40,000 bases of DNA from Pseudomonas phage phiKZ. Positions 1 through 11,477 of the stretch are shown piece after piece. The notes below the pieces were generated by a model. The model saw nothing but the letters and a program-made list of their open reading frames with translations. It did no database searches and was not told where the DNA came from. The stretch lies in the sequence record AF399011.1, one strand, 5' to 3'. The position numbers and the translations under genes were made by a program. Each line of letters starts with the position of its first letter. Position 1 is the first letter of the stretch.

Positions 1-494
1 TTAATGTCAAATCGATAATTGAGTGCGGCGAATGCAGCTTCGGCTACTTCTTTACGTGCAGGATATTTAAAGCGTGGTACAAGTAAAGATGTTAGATATT
101 TAAAATGCAACACCATGAAACAACTAACCATTGCTTCATGTCTAATATTCAAAGGAACATTAGTTGTTTTTAAAAGCCTAGAACAAATATAGGCAGGAAG
201 ATGATTGAATACATCTGACATTACACGATGGTTAGGGTCAATGAATTCAACTGACTTAAAATCTTGGACTAACAGCGCTTCATCAATTCGTAAAACATCA
301 TCATACCAAATCTCACGATCCGTATCGAAGAATTTAACTTGTTGTACACCTAGTAATACACCACCAAAGAAAGCAGAGTGATCAGCATTCCTATTCATAA
401 AACTGATAGTAAAGTCAATAATTCTTTTACATAAATCGCGATCAAATTGAACATCCTTAAAATTTCTATCAAGGACTTCTTTAATAGTTGCCAT
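1..494 (-). CDS. Hypothetical protein, N-terminal 164 codons, truncated by left window edge
   Basis: Reverse complement of 494..1 starts ATG GCA ACT ATT AAA GAA GTC CTT (MATIKEVLDRNFKDVQFDRDLCKR...); the upper ~300 nt were translated by hand with no stop and the frame is open at the edge; GGAGG-like RBS upstream (+ strand aacctcctgg). Missing from the ORF track because it is truncated. Confidence 0.8.
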   Translation of the reverse strand, partial: MATIKEVLDRNFKDVQFDRDLCKRIIDFTISFMNRNADHSAFFGGVLLGVQQVKFFDTDREIWYDDVLRIDEALLVQDFKSVEFIDPNHRVMSDVFNHLPAYICSRLLKTTNVPLNIRHEAMVSCFMVLHFKYLTSLLVPRFKYPARKEVAEAAFAALNYRFDI

Positions 495-584
495 TGGGAA
501 AACCTCCTGGAGAATCAAATCATAAGTCATAAAAGTACTTATGTTATTTATTCCATGTAATTACATAAATTAGAGGATAATAAA

Positions 585-1454
585 ATGGTTTATAAAATGA
601 TTAGTTTATTAAACCTAGCTAACCCTAGTTTAATTCAGCAATTAAGTCAATCGGTATCTAATGAAAAAGATCTAGAAAATCTTAGAACTAGTGGTTGGCT
701 AAAAGATGATCTTAACAATAATGTGTTTTTCATTTATTCTGAAACATCTTCTGATATTCTAGCTAGTCTAAGGATTAATTTAACTATTGACCCATGGATA
801 GATAGTGATAATCCCTATCAGAAACTAGATGTTGGTCAAGTTAGTCGATACATGACAACTGCACTTGCTTGTACTAATAATGATTATGAAGTTAATGTTA
901 TTAAAACTATTTCTAAACTATTATTATCGTTTATTAATAATCAGATATGTTCAGTTAATAATATTAAGTTTAACAATAGTGGTAATGAAACTCAACTATC
1001 AGTTGGATTAATACATAACTCTTATACCCTGGACATAGATTTAAATATTGGAATGAAATCATTTATTGATAATAAAACTATTATTGATAAATATAAATTA
1101 TTTGAAACATCGTTGAGTAAAACTAAGAGTGAATTTAATTTTTCTATAGTCACTAATGACAAAGTTAATAAAGTTGCATCCATATACAAGACCGCATCTA
1201 CATGTGAATATGATGATGCAATTCTATTTAACAAAGATTCGCTAGTAAGTATAAAACCATTTATTGATGGTCATTCACTTATTACTACTGATCTTATTGA
1301 ATCACTTATCAAAGAAATTCAAAATAAAGAAACTAAAAAATTAAAGTTAATCAAAGTTATGTGTTCCAACCATTATCAGAGAACTCATGGAGATTTAATC
1401 ACAATTGTCTTATGCAGCCCTGTTAATATTTGGTCCATAACTATCTATGTATAG
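585..1454 (+). CDS. Hypothetical protein (289 aa)
   Basis: Long ORF with upstream gaggataata; no family recognised. Confidence 0.7.
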   Translation: MVYKMISLLNLANPSLIQQLSQSVSNEKDLENLRTSGWLKDDLNNNVFFIYSETSSDILASLRINLTIDPWIDSDNPYQKLDVGQVSRYMTTALACTNNDYEVNVIKTISKLLLSFINNQICSVNNIKFNNSGNETQLSVGLIHNSYTLDIDLNIGMKSFIDNKTIIDKYKLFETSLSKTKSEFNFSIVTNDKVNKVASIYKTASTCEYDDAILFNKDSLVSIKPFIDGHSLITTDLIESLIKEIQNKETKKLKLIKVMCSNHYQRTHGDLITIVLCSPVNIWSITIYV

Positions 1455-1461
1455 GTAACAT

Positions 1462-1665
1462 ATGGATTTAAATCCTCATGACATCGATAATCAAGCAATA
1501 TTTAATTATTTAGAAATGTTGCCATCTACTTTTAAGATAACTGAATCTACTTTTGTTGCTGCTGATTTTGATAGTAATGGCGATGTCATCATACAACTAG
1601 AGCAATCATTAATTTATACTGGTTGCTCTTTATCTAAATTTAATGCGTGTTTTAACACTATGTAA
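1462..1665 (+). CDS. Small hypothetical protein (67 aa)
   Basis: Short ORF directly after 585..1454 and before a hairpin terminator. Confidence 0.5.
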   Translation: MDLNPHDIDNQAIFNYLEMLPSTFKITESTFVAADFDSNGDVIIQLEQSLIYTGCSLSKFNACFNTM

Positions 1666-1672
1666 ATATAAT

Positions 1673-1705
1673 GCCCTCTCCTTATGGAGAGGGCTTATGA
1701 TGTAT
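1673..1705 (+). terminator. Rho-independent-like hairpin GCCCTCTCC-TTAT-GGAGAGGGC
   Basis: Perfect 9-bp stem after the ORF end. Confidence 0.6.
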
Positions 1706-1751
1706 TTTCTCTTTTATCATCTGTAGTACAATAACTCAAATATAATTGTAG

Positions 1752-2531
<780 letters not shown>

Positions 2532-2540
2532 GGTACAACC

Positions 2541-3356
2541 ATGGCTAAACGAAAAGCTCGCGCAGTAAGTGCACCGGTAACATTATCAGAAATTAGTGAA
2601 ATCCCTAATGAAGTAACTAATGCAGAGGATAGTGTCAATGAACTTGAAACCACTCCTACTGAAATTGTTTCTACTGAATCAAGTGAAAATGAAAATACCA
2701 CTGCCGATTCAGAAAACACAGCCACAACTGACTCGACAACAGATGAAGAATCAGAAGACACGTCTTCTACTGAAGCAAATGGAGATGGGGAATCAGAAGA
2801 GCCCGATCTATCGGAGAATCAGGAAGATCCGAAGGAGCCTATAGAAACGCCTGAGGAGCCCGTTGAAGATGATGATGGTTCAAGTGACCCTGATGGTGGC
2901 ACATCTGAAGAAAAGCCAACAGAAGGCGATCCAGAGGATCCTGAAGAGCCTACTGAACCTACTGGCCCTGAAGAACCCACTGATCCAATTGATCCGGTGG
3001 AACCGCCGCCTGAAGAACCTAAAGCATTCCAATTAAACCTAGCTACAGTGAAATCACAGTTTGGTGATTTACCAACGTATTGGGCTATTGAGTTAATTAA
3101 ACGTTATTTCAGTGCGCCACCTGGTATCTATATCCCAGATGTAGTCGATAACCCTGATTTCAAAATAATGGTTCAACAAGTGAAATTCTTTGGTAATGGT
3201 CTACGTCCGATATATAACTCTAAGAACATGATTACTTTCACCACTATGTTAGAAGGTGCAAGTGAAGCAACAATCTTAGAGGATATGAAGAAACAACAAC
3301 CGGCACTACTAAGTTTATTACCTTGGTATGATCCAAACGCTGAAATAGATAAATGA
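2541..3356 (+). CDS. Hypothetical protein with a ~150-residue hyperacidic Glu/Asp/Pro/Thr low-complexity region and a C-terminal globular part
   Basis: Translated composition; RBS-like spacing after 1761..2531. Confidence 0.75.
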   Translation: MAKRKARAVSAPVTLSEISEIPNEVTNAEDSVNELETTPTEIVSTESSENENTTADSENTATTDSTTDEESEDTSSTEANGDGESEEPDLSENQEDPKEPIETPEEPVEDDDGSSDPDGGTSEEKPTEGDPEDPEEPTEPTGPEEPTDPIDPVEPPPEEPKAFQLNLATVKSQFGDLPTYWAIELIKRYFSAPPGIYIPDVVDNPDFKIMVQQVKFFGNGLRPIYNSKNMITFTTMLEGASEATILEDMKKQQPALLSLLPWYDPNAEIDK

Positions 3357-3363
3357 ACATATC

Positions 3364-3384
3364 GCCTCCCCTAGGGGAGGCTTT
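3364..3384 (+). terminator. Hairpin GCCTCCCC-TA-GGGGAGGC
   Basis: Inverted repeat immediately after the stop codon. Confidence 0.6.
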
Positions 3385-3392
3385 ATGCTGAG

Positions 3393-3422
3393 TTAAAAAA
3401 AGTTTAAGATCTATATTACTAA
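3393..3422 (+). promoter_or_regulatory. Phage promoter-like motif (ttaaaaaaagtttAAGATCTATATTACTAA)
   Basis: Matches the motif recurring upstream of other genes in this window; sits in a terminator-to-gene gap. Confidence 0.65.
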
Positions 3423-3459
3423 TTTGCAATAATAAACAATATTCAAATAGGTATCTATA

Positions 3460-4275
3460 ATGACTGAATCAACTACTTTTAGTTTTACCCCTAATCCACA
3501 TCTAAAAGAAATATACGATAATTTTAAAAATAAATATCCTAAAAACAGTGTAATCTACGGTTGGATAAATAAAGAAAATAATAAATGGGGAATTACCGGT
3601 AATACGAAATATAATTCAATTACCGGTACTGGCCATAATGTTCAATACATTAATCATCTAATTTCTAGACTACTAGAAGAAGAACAGCATTTTGAGAATA
3701 CACGTATTGAAAGAGCATGGCTTAATTTAATTGAGTCATATGAAGACAGTTATAAAAGCGATGTATCTCACTATACTAATCTGCCATTAAAAGCCACCTT
3801 ACCAATTGGTAAGCTCAATGTATTTCAAATCGGAAGAGCACACTCAGATGAACTAGGTATGATTACACTAAAATCTGCCAATGTATCAGAAATCATTATT
3901 GAGTCTAAATCAGCTCTTGATGAAGCTCTTAATTCTATTGATTGCATTATTCATGAAAACATTAAAACTGATTTTAAAGTACTCATGCATGAATTTTATA
4001 AAAATGAACCATATAGGCCTGATTGGTTAAAAGAAAATGGTACATGCAAATTTATTCAATCAACCTTTAACATTGGTTCATCATTTGATTTAATTTACTA
4101 TGGATGGAAGTGGGAAGGTGTAACCAGAATTAAAACAAGTGATCGAGATGCAGCTGATATGCTGTATTCTGGTATTATTATTAATACATCAAAATTAGTT
4201 AATGATCCAGATAATGAACCGTTATTTGAACAATTAGTTAATGTATGTGAAGTATCAACTGCTAAAGTAAAATAA
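3460..4275 (+). CDS. Hypothetical protein (271 aa)
   Basis: ORF downstream of promoter-like motif. Confidence 0.75.
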   Translation: MTESTTFSFTPNPHLKEIYDNFKNKYPKNSVIYGWINKENNKWGITGNTKYNSITGTGHNVQYINHLISRLLEEEQHFENTRIERAWLNLIESYEDSYKSDVSHYTNLPLKATLPIGKLNVFQIGRAHSDELGMITLKSANVSEIIIESKSALDEALNSIDCIIHENIKTDFKVLMHEFYKNEPYRPDWLKENGTCKFIQSTFNIGSSFDLIYYGWKWEGVTRIKTSDRDAADMLYSGIIINTSKLVNDPDNEPLFEQLVNVCEVSTAKVK

Positions 4276-4311
4276 GTGTATTATTTTTAATAAATGAAGA
4301 GGTTAGAAAAA

Positions 4312-5133
4312 ATGACTCAATTTAACATCACCTGGGAAGAACAACTCCAAGCCCTATCTAAGCTAGATGGTTTACATCATCCACATAAATTAGAGGATAT
4401 CTCCGTTCATTGGGTATTTAATCCAGTAGATATTTCAGTTTTTGTTACATGTGCGACCATGAGTAGTCATAACACCCACTATACTTTTAAACCGCAGTCA
4501 AGTCCAGATGATGCCATGGTGCGAGAATATGTACTATCTCGCATTATTGCCGATAATCTGAAATATGTTGATAATTTATATCTAGCGGCTGGTGCCGTTA
4601 TTTGCGGTAATGACGAATACATTAGTGATGGTAATGTGGTTGGCATTCATATAGCTGATGGCGTAGGAGGTAACAAGCTTATTCTACCAGTCATTGAATT
4701 TATGCCAGGTGTTCATGTTGATGATATCAGTGATAAACTAATCAAGTCGTCATCCTATCAAGGTATTTTCAAAACAGATAACCTTGAAGAGTTTGAATTC
4801 CTTGTTGATAAGAAGAATGCAAATAATGTAAAAGAATTAATTCTAGCCTATACTGATTATTTCGCTAATAAGTTGGCCTTTAAAGATCCAGCTGAACCAG
4901 CTGTAGAAATGTATCAGTTTATTGATCGGACTGAAGTATATTTTAGTTTTGAAGGATGCCATCCAGATGTTGAGGAAGTTCTATTTACCATTAAGATCGT
5001 ACGTTACAATCAACCACTCAATTCAACTGCAATGCAGGTATTTTTGAAAAACCCACTACTCTCGCACATCCGGACAGTTGTCCGGCAGGACCTTCCGGCG
5101 AAATTTGTGGGCGGTGTACTATTTAATTTTTGA
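4312..5133 (+). CDS. Hypothetical protein (~273 aa)
   Basis: ORF track 4294..5133; ATG at 4312 (gaggttagaaaaaATGACTCAA) is the more likely start. Confidence 0.75.
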   Translation: MTQFNITWEEQLQALSKLDGLHHPHKLEDISVHWVFNPVDISVFVTCATMSSHNTHYTFKPQSSPDDAMVREYVLSRIIADNLKYVDNLYLAAGAVICGNDEYISDGNVVGIHIADGVGGNKLILPVIEFMPGVHVDDISDKLIKSSSYQGIFKTDNLEEFEFLVDKKNANNVKELILAYTDYFANKLAFKDPAEPAVEMYQFIDRTEVYFSFEGCHPDVEEVLFTIKIVRYNQPLNSTAMQVFLKNPLLSHIRTVVRQDLPAKFVGGVLFNF

Positions 5134-5207
5134 GAAATTCATTACTTTAATAGACTGTATTTCTCTTATTTATCTCTTTTCTTCTAAAAAGAAAATTATA
5201 TAAATAG

Positions 5208-5255
5208 TATATTATGTGGGGGGGACCCTTTGGGGGGGTCCCATATAATATTCCT
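5208..5255 (+). terminator. Strong G/C hairpin flanked by A/T arms (tatattatgtggggggacccttt...gggggggtcccatataatat)
   Basis: Long inverted repeat in a ~245-nt intergenic gap. Confidence 0.6.
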
Positions 5256-5380
5256 TATTATTAGAGATGGGGTATAACCTATCCTTAGTTCGAGAATCTA
5301 ATACTTTTAGTAATAAGGGATTGGCTATAAAGAGCCAATACCGTTTAATTTGAAAATAGAAAAATTGGAAAAAATGAAAA

Positions 5381-5893
5381 ATGTCTGAACAGAAAGATTA
5401 CACTCTAGTACGTACTCCACTAACTCATGATGAGCTAAAGAAAGCATTTAAAGAAGATAACATTCATGCATCTGATGTTCAACTAGATAGGTTAGTTAAG
5501 TTATCTGAAGAAGTATGTAGTGCTAAAGGCAATTACAACATTCGTCCTTTAGCTAACTCAAAAGGAATGGTATTTGAATTCACCAACAAAGATGGTGAGA
5601 TCATTGCACTAATTCCTTTTGATATTTCAAAAGAACGTAAAAATGCCAAAATCCCAAAAACGAAATGGCTTACTGAACTTCTAAACGTTTATCGTTATAA
5701 AGTTAGTAAGATTGAAGTTAAGAATGTACTTAACATGATTATTGATTGTGTTAAGTCTGGTGGTACTTGGCAAACATACATGTGTCGAGATAAGATGGTA
5801 ATCGAATTTAAATCTGATACTGGTAAAGTGGTTAATGAATTAATTGTTCATCAAGAACGAACTCATGAAGAGATCGTTACTTTTAAGCACTGA
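5381..5893 (+). CDS. Hypothetical protein (170 aa)
   Basis: ORF. Confidence 0.75.
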   Translation: MSEQKDYTLVRTPLTHDELKKAFKEDNIHASDVQLDRLVKLSEEVCSAKGNYNIRPLANSKGMVFEFTNKDGEIIALIPFDISKERKNAKIPKTKWLTELLNVYRYKVSKIEVKNVLNMIIDCVKSGGTWQTYMCRDKMVIEFKSDTGKVVNELIVHQERTHEEIVTFKH

Positions 5894-5943
5894 TACCATT
5901 TACAAGTTGGTATATGAAATTATATTAATCACAATGAGGTGTA

Positions 5944-6927
5944 ATGATGTCTAAAGTAAAAACTCGAATTTACTTTTGTGGTGGTGCTGGTTTCCGTATT
6001 GGTGAACTATTCCATGGTTATCATGAGGATGTTTGCTACATTGATACCAGTGTACAGAATAAACACAAACACAATACTGACGATAATACGATCATTATTG
6101 AAGCGGATACTAAGCTAGCTGACCAGACTGCACGTAAACGTGCTATCGGTATGGGTAAAGATCGTAAGGCAGCCGCAGAACTAATCTCTGCACATATTCC
6201 TGCCATTGCCCATCATTTCCCAGCAGGGGATACTAACATCGTGGTATACTCAATGGGTGGTGCTTCTGGTTCAACCATTGGTCCTTCTCTTGTTAGTCAT
6301 CTACAACAACAAGGTGAAGTAGTTGTAAGTGTGGTCATTGGATCTTACGACAGTGATATTAGTCTTCGTAATAGCAGTGGTAGCCTTAAGACTTTTGAAG
6401 GGGTTTCCTCTGTTAGTAAAGTTCCGATGATTATTAACTATCATGAGAATGTTGAAGGTATACCGCAATCAATGGTGAACCAAAACATTCTTGAAGTACT
6501 AAATGCACTAGTAATTCTATTTAATCAAGAACACCAAAGTCTTGATCTAATGGATATCACTAACTGGGCACACTTCCATAAGCACCATGATGTACCTGTA
6601 CAGACTGTCCAATTACACGTGTGTTTCGATCGTCAAGAAGCTCAGGCTATTCTGGATCCAATTTCTATTGCTTCACTATACACTGATCCTGATCGCGATG
6701 TATCAATTAGTACAGTTCTAACTCGTACTACTGGTTATGCTGATCCTGAAAAATATGATTTCGATCAAATGCATTTTGTGATCAATGGCCTATCTATTGA
6801 AGATATTCGTAAGCGATTAGAAGAACGTCGTGAAATGATGAATCGAGCCAAAGCTAATATGCGTAAGCGTCAGTCTACTCTAGATGTGGATGACCAAGCA
6901 ACTAGTAGTGGTCTTGTATTCGATTAA
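5944..6927 (+). CDS. phuZ: Phage tubulin/FtsZ-like GTPase (PhuZ family)
   Basis: N-terminal IYFCGGAGFRIG; tubulin signature-like VVYSMGGASGSTIGPSL; ~327 aa; acidic C-terminal tail (STLDVDDQATSSGLVFD). Confidence 0.85.
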   Translation: MMSKVKTRIYFCGGAGFRIGELFHGYHEDVCYIDTSVQNKHKHNTDDNTIIIEADTKLADQTARKRAIGMGKDRKAAAELISAHIPAIAHHFPAGDTNIVVYSMGGASGSTIGPSLVSHLQQQGEVVVSVVIGSYDSDISLRNSSGSLKTFEGVSSVSKVPMIINYHENVEGIPQSMVNQNILEVLNALVILFNQEHQSLDLMDITNWAHFHKHHDVPVQTVQLHVCFDRQEAQAILDPISIASLYTDPDRDVSISTVLTRTTGYADPEKYDFDQMHFVINGLSIEDIRKRLEERREMMNRAKANMRKRQSTLDVDDQATSSGLVFD

Positions 6928-6935
6928 CTTATACT

Positions 6936-6970
6936 GGAGCCCTTCGGGGCTCCTTTTATTTTTTTTGTAA
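6936..6970 (+). terminator. Rho-independent terminator GGAGCCC-TTC-GGGGCTCC followed by T-rich run
   Basis: Hairpin plus ttttattttttttt. Confidence 0.85.
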
Positions 6971-6981
6971 CGAGGTGTAAT

Positions 6982-7464
6982 ATGAAACCAGTAAATACAG
7001 TTACTTATATTCCTTTGCATGTAGCTGAATCATTTTATTCCCCTAGAAATATGATCTGTCTACTGGAGAAAGGTAGAGTCCCACTTTATTCAGCAAAACA
7101 TCTTAATTATTTACGTATCAATGTTGATGACATTGAGGATTATGTTGATTCTTCTTATGATCTATTTGATCATCGGCATGCACAACGTATTATTTCCTTC
7201 TGTGAAGCTCTTGGTAAGGGTCAACACCTATTCGTACACTGTGAGGCAGGTATTAGCCGATCGGCTGCTGTAGCTAAGTTTCTGTGCGATAAAATGGGAT
7301 TCATTCATGTACCGCATAATCCATCTTTATTTAATTTTGATGGTTACAATGGTCACATTTATGGAGTTTTATGTAATGCTAAAGCAGGGAAGCTTTATTA
7401 TGACGATAGAGCCGATGGTATTTTTATGGGTAAAGTAAATCAGAATTTTGCAGATATTAAATAA
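6982..7464 (+). CDS. Dual-specificity / tyrosine-type protein phosphatase-like protein
   Basis: P-loop HCEAGISRSAAVAKF matches the HCxxGxxRS signature, with an upstream Asp-rich region (NVDDIEDYV). Confidence 0.8.
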   Translation: MKPVNTVTYIPLHVAESFYSPRNMICLLEKGRVPLYSAKHLNYLRINVDDIEDYVDSSYDLFDHRHAQRIISFCEALGKGQHLFVHCEAGISRSAAVAKFLCDKMGFIHVPHNPSLFNFDGYNGHIYGVLCNAKAGKLYYDDRADGIFMGKVNQNFADIK

Positions 7465-7503
7465 CTAGCGATAATTAATAATCTGTATATTAGGAGATAA
7501 CCG

Positions 7504-7977
7504 ATGGCAAAGAACACTGCTAAAAAGCTCGACGAGCAAATGGCAGCTGAACTTGATCTGACGTTATCTCCGTTTACTATGGTTCTGAAACACGTAGTTC
7601 GTCTCCCCAACATAGTTGAGGGATTTATCTTTGTAATGGTTAAGGATGGAATTATTAGCTATGATCGGGTAGACAAATGGGCTGAAGTAAACGGGATGCG
7701 TTTGCGAGTTCCTCGTTTCAAATCGCATTCGGTTATTGAGAAGCGGTTAAACGATAAGCTGTATAGACGTTGGTATGTTTGGGGGAATGGTATTTTATAT
7801 CCATTACAAACATCCAAGGTTGAAGATTTAAAAGATAATTTCTATTTCAAGATTGACAGTAACCCCCACTGTTGTACCATCCACATTCCAAATATTGATG
7901 CAGACAGTATACGAAATAATACATTACCATTTTTCGAAAGAGTCCACCCTGGATGGGGTGTTATATTAACTAATTGA
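7504..7977 (+). CDS. Hypothetical protein (157 aa)
   Basis: ORF with aggagataaccgATG. Confidence 0.75.
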   Translation: MAKNTAKKLDEQMAAELDLTLSPFTMVLKHVVRLPNIVEGFIFVMVKDGIISYDRVDKWAEVNGMRLRVPRFKSHSVIEKRLNDKLYRRWYVWGNGILYPLQTSKVEDLKDNFYFKIDSNPHCCTIHIPNIDADSIRNNTLPFFERVHPGWGVILTN

Positions 7978-8306
7978 GATTTACGTATATGCTATTATTG
8001 ATTGATTATCCTGAGGTTAAGGAACTGGCAGATTATGTAATGTCTGAATTTGAACAATATCCTAAATTAGTTAGTGGTTCTATTCTTTCACTTGAACACC
8101 ACACTAAAGGATCATTTGATTTTATCTGGAGATATGACGGATGTGTTGATATTAGATATAAAAATCATATCTGTGGGACTATTACATTTATGGGTTCATA
8201 TCCAACTTATTTAACTTATAAAAATGTTATTACCATCAATGTCCAAGATATGATTATTTCATTAACAGATATCGAGAAATCATTATGTCAACAGTTGCTC
8301 AGTTAA
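7974..8306 (+). CDS. Hypothetical protein (~110 aa; start could be ATG 7989)
   Basis: ORF overlapping previous stop. Confidence 0.65.
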   Translation: MRFTYMLLLIDYPEVKELADYVMSEFEQYPKLVSGSILSLEHHTKGSFDFIWRYDGCVDIRYKNHICGTITFMGSYPTYLTYKNVITINVQDMIISLTDIEKSLCQQLLS

Positions 8307-8572
8307 GTATTTATGTAAAACAGTTTGTTCGTCTTAATCTTAAAGATGAGGATGTTATTTTAGCCGATGGCGAGAAATGGAATATTTTTGTTTTAAATAA
8401 AAATAAACTATTGATCCGTGATAGTGATCGAATAGCAGTTACAACTATCGATTATGATTCATTCGGTAAGATTATTAAGATTGATCATTCTGATTTTGTC
8501 AATAGTTCCATGGCAACTGATAAGGCATATGAGGTATTAAAAACATATATAGCTCATCGCTATGGGGTTTAA
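8285..8572 (+). CDS. Hypothetical protein (95 aa)
   Basis: ORF overlapping neighbours, tightly packed operon. Confidence 0.6.
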   Translation: MSTVAQLSIYVKQFVRLNLKDEDVILADGEKWNIFVLNKNKLLIRDSDRIAVTTIDYDSFGKIIKIDHSDFVNSSMATDKAYEVLKTYIAHRYGV

Positions 8573-8867
8573 TAAATATTTAAATACATTTAAAGGCTAT
8601 ATTACAAACATGATAATAATCCATGTTAAAGGAATAATCATGAATAGCCTTGCATATAAAACAACTGTTGTATTCGGTAAGACATATCGCGTAACAGGTA
8701 ACAAAGCATTTATATCCATTCTAGATTCACGTGGCAATATTTGCTTTGAATTAAATATCGTTGAAAAGAAAGCATGTCAACCGTGTAATAACTTTAGACG
8801 GTATTGTTCAGGTATTGGTATTGCACCTGGTGATCTCATCAAAAAGATTCTCAACAGTATTAATTGA
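8562..8867 (+). CDS. Hypothetical protein (<=101 aa; ATG near 8641 with aaaggaataatc RBS also possible)
   Basis: ORF. Confidence 0.55.
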   Translation: MGFNKYLNTFKGYITNMIIIHVKGIIMNSLAYKTTVVFGKTYRVTGNKAFISILDSRGNICFELNIVEKKACQPCNNFRRYCSGIGIAPGDLIKKILNSIN

Positions 8868-8930
8868 TGATGGGTTATACCAGTATGTTTTTAAATATAG
8901 TGTTATTTAGATATTATCTTAATGGCATAA

Positions 8931-8970
8931 GCCCTCCCGCAATGGGAGGGCATTATGTCTTTTTTTTTAT
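8931..8970. terminator. Bidirectional terminator GCCCTCCC-gcaat-GGGAGGGC
   Basis: Hairpin between convergent genes, T-rich run on +. Confidence 0.8.
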
Positions 8971-8975
8971 TTTTT

Positions 8976-9785
<810 letters not shown>

Positions 9786-9869
9786 CTATAATGCGCTGTA
9801 CGCGTTTTTTCGATGGAGATAATACCCAACTAAGGTATAATATACATCGGCTTACCACGAACAGATTTG

Positions 9870-9898
9870 ACTAAAAATATTTTTAGATCTATATCATG
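9870..9898 (+). promoter_or_regulatory. Promoter-like motif, TATATCAT variant (actaaaaatatttttAGATCTATATCATG)
   Basis: Shares A/T tract + AGATCTATAT with other sites; divergent intergenic region. Confidence 0.6.
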
Positions 9899-9912
9899 TT
9901 CCTGAACATTTA

Positions 9913-10341
9913 ATGAGAGATTGTACTGTGACTACTCCCCAAGTAGCTGACCTGTATGTAGTAGATGTAACGAGGGTGATAGCCAAGTTAGTACCAAGAT
10001 CGCCAAAAGAGCTAATAAATGCTCGTTTAGCAATTAGGTGCCAAAGCTTTGGAATACATCCAGATGACTATGGTACATTAGAGCATATATTTAAATCAGT
10101 AGAGGACAGCTTAATTGATGACTTCTTTAAATATTCTATTGACTCTTTTGAATTCATGTATACTACTGGATATAGCCCAATAAATAACACTCCTCAAGAA
10201 ATCCAATGGTTTCATGATAATCATGAAGCCGCATCTGATCTTTGGGATATATTAAAAATTATACCTAGAGTAAATGCAGGTAAGTTTGTAATATTCTATC
10301 GGTTAAAGAACACAGTTTGGATCGCTATTCCAAAAAATTAA
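9913..10341 (+). CDS. Hypothetical protein (142 aa)
   Basis: ORF. Confidence 0.7.
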   Translation: MRDCTVTTPQVADLYVVDVTRVIAKLVPRSPKELINARLAIRCQSFGIHPDDYGTLEHIFKSVEDSLIDDFFKYSIDSFEFMYTTGYSPINNTPQEIQWFHDNHEAASDLWDILKIIPRVNAGKFVIFYRLKNTVWIAIPKN

Positions 10342-10354
10342 TTGGAGAAATATA

Positions 10355-11428
10355 ATGTCGAATAAGCTCATTGTACTTGATACGCGCCACCAAGAAAAAG
10401 CAATATACGATTTACTAGGTCAGCTTACAGCTTCAGCTTCAATTGATGAAGCGATTGGGGTGAAATTGAGTAAAGATGTGGCTCAACAGTTTTTACATCT
10501 AATGGTTGAAAATATAGTAGAGAGTTTAGTTTCATATAAAACAGCCAAAGACCAGTACACCAATCTTAAGATGGCAGCAGCTATTTTTAATTGTGCTGTA
10601 ACTGACGTAGATAGTAATAAAGTTGCTTGGGTAGAAAATCTAATGAAACTACCTTATCTAGAAACTATCTATCTAGATATCTATAAACAAGTAGCTAAAT
10701 ATATCGATAGCGGTACATGGATCCAATGGGATGTAGTTAAAGCTGGTTCAGTTATAACTTTAATCAGTGGCAAAGATTATCGTATCGCGGAATATGATCG
10801 TGTCCATGGGATTGATAATGGTGATGATCATGCAGTGGTATCACTTAACCTACTGAACCCATTAAACTATTTATTTAGTGAATTTCTCCGTATATTCTTC
10901 CATGGCTTTGACAGAATTAATTTACAAACACTAGGTTATAGTATCTACGAATCTAGGCGTAAAACTCAGCTATCTCTTGCTAATGGTGGTAGCTATACTT
11001 TAAATAAAGACCACATCACCACTAACCATGCATATAACATCGCAGTAGAATATATTCAAGAACAGTTAACTGCATTACTTATTGGTGTAATTGTTAAACA
11101 ATATAGTAATATTAAAGTATCTTATCTAATACCTAAGGTTAACCATGATTTCTTTGCAAGTTTAGGACTTGATAATTTATTACTATTTGAAGAGAAATAT
11201 ATTAGCCCTCTAGTTAGTTCTATTAACATGGCATATTTTTCAACCAGAATTGAGCATGACGTTAAGTATGAACTAGAGTATCATAGCTATGTAATTTCTG
11301 TATACAAGAATAAGAATGCAACTTATCCTATTGAGAAATTAGTATTTGAATATCAACGTGGTGATTATTTACCTGATGATCAGCGAGCGCAAGCTGAGCG
11401 ATACATTTTAGAAAATAATTTATACTAA
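10355..11428 (+). CDS. Hypothetical protein (357 aa)
   Basis: ORF with ggagaaataATG. Confidence 0.8.
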   Translation: MSNKLIVLDTRHQEKAIYDLLGQLTASASIDEAIGVKLSKDVAQQFLHLMVENIVESLVSYKTAKDQYTNLKMAAAIFNCAVTDVDSNKVAWVENLMKLPYLETIYLDIYKQVAKYIDSGTWIQWDVVKAGSVITLISGKDYRIAEYDRVHGIDNGDDHAVVSLNLLNPLNYLFSEFLRIFFHGFDRINLQTLGYSIYESRRKTQLSLANGGSYTLNKDHITTNHAYNIAVEYIQEQLTALLIGVIVKQYSNIKVSYLIPKVNHDFFASLGLDNLLLFEEKYISPLVSSINMAYFSTRIEHDVKYELEYHSYVISVYKNKNATYPIEKLVFEYQRGDYLPDDQRAQAERYILENNLY

Positions 11429-11429
11429 A

Positions 11430-11458
11430 TAAAGCCCTCCTTATGGGGGGCTTTATAC
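11430..11458 (+). terminator. Hairpin AAAGCCCTCC-TTAT-GGGGGGCTTT
   Basis: Inverted repeat after the stop codon. Confidence 0.6.
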
Positions 11459-11477
11459 CGATTATAAGGTTTTTATA

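Noticed and set aside
3496-3650. GIY-YIG-like N-terminus (IYGWINKENNKWGITGNT) in ORF 3460
   Set aside because: Superficial resemblance only; the second YIG tyrosine and downstream Arg/Glu catalytic pattern are not apparent.
5944-6927. FtsZ of host origin
   Set aside because: Divergent signature (GGASGS), short length and acidic tail fit phage tubulins better than bacterial FtsZ.
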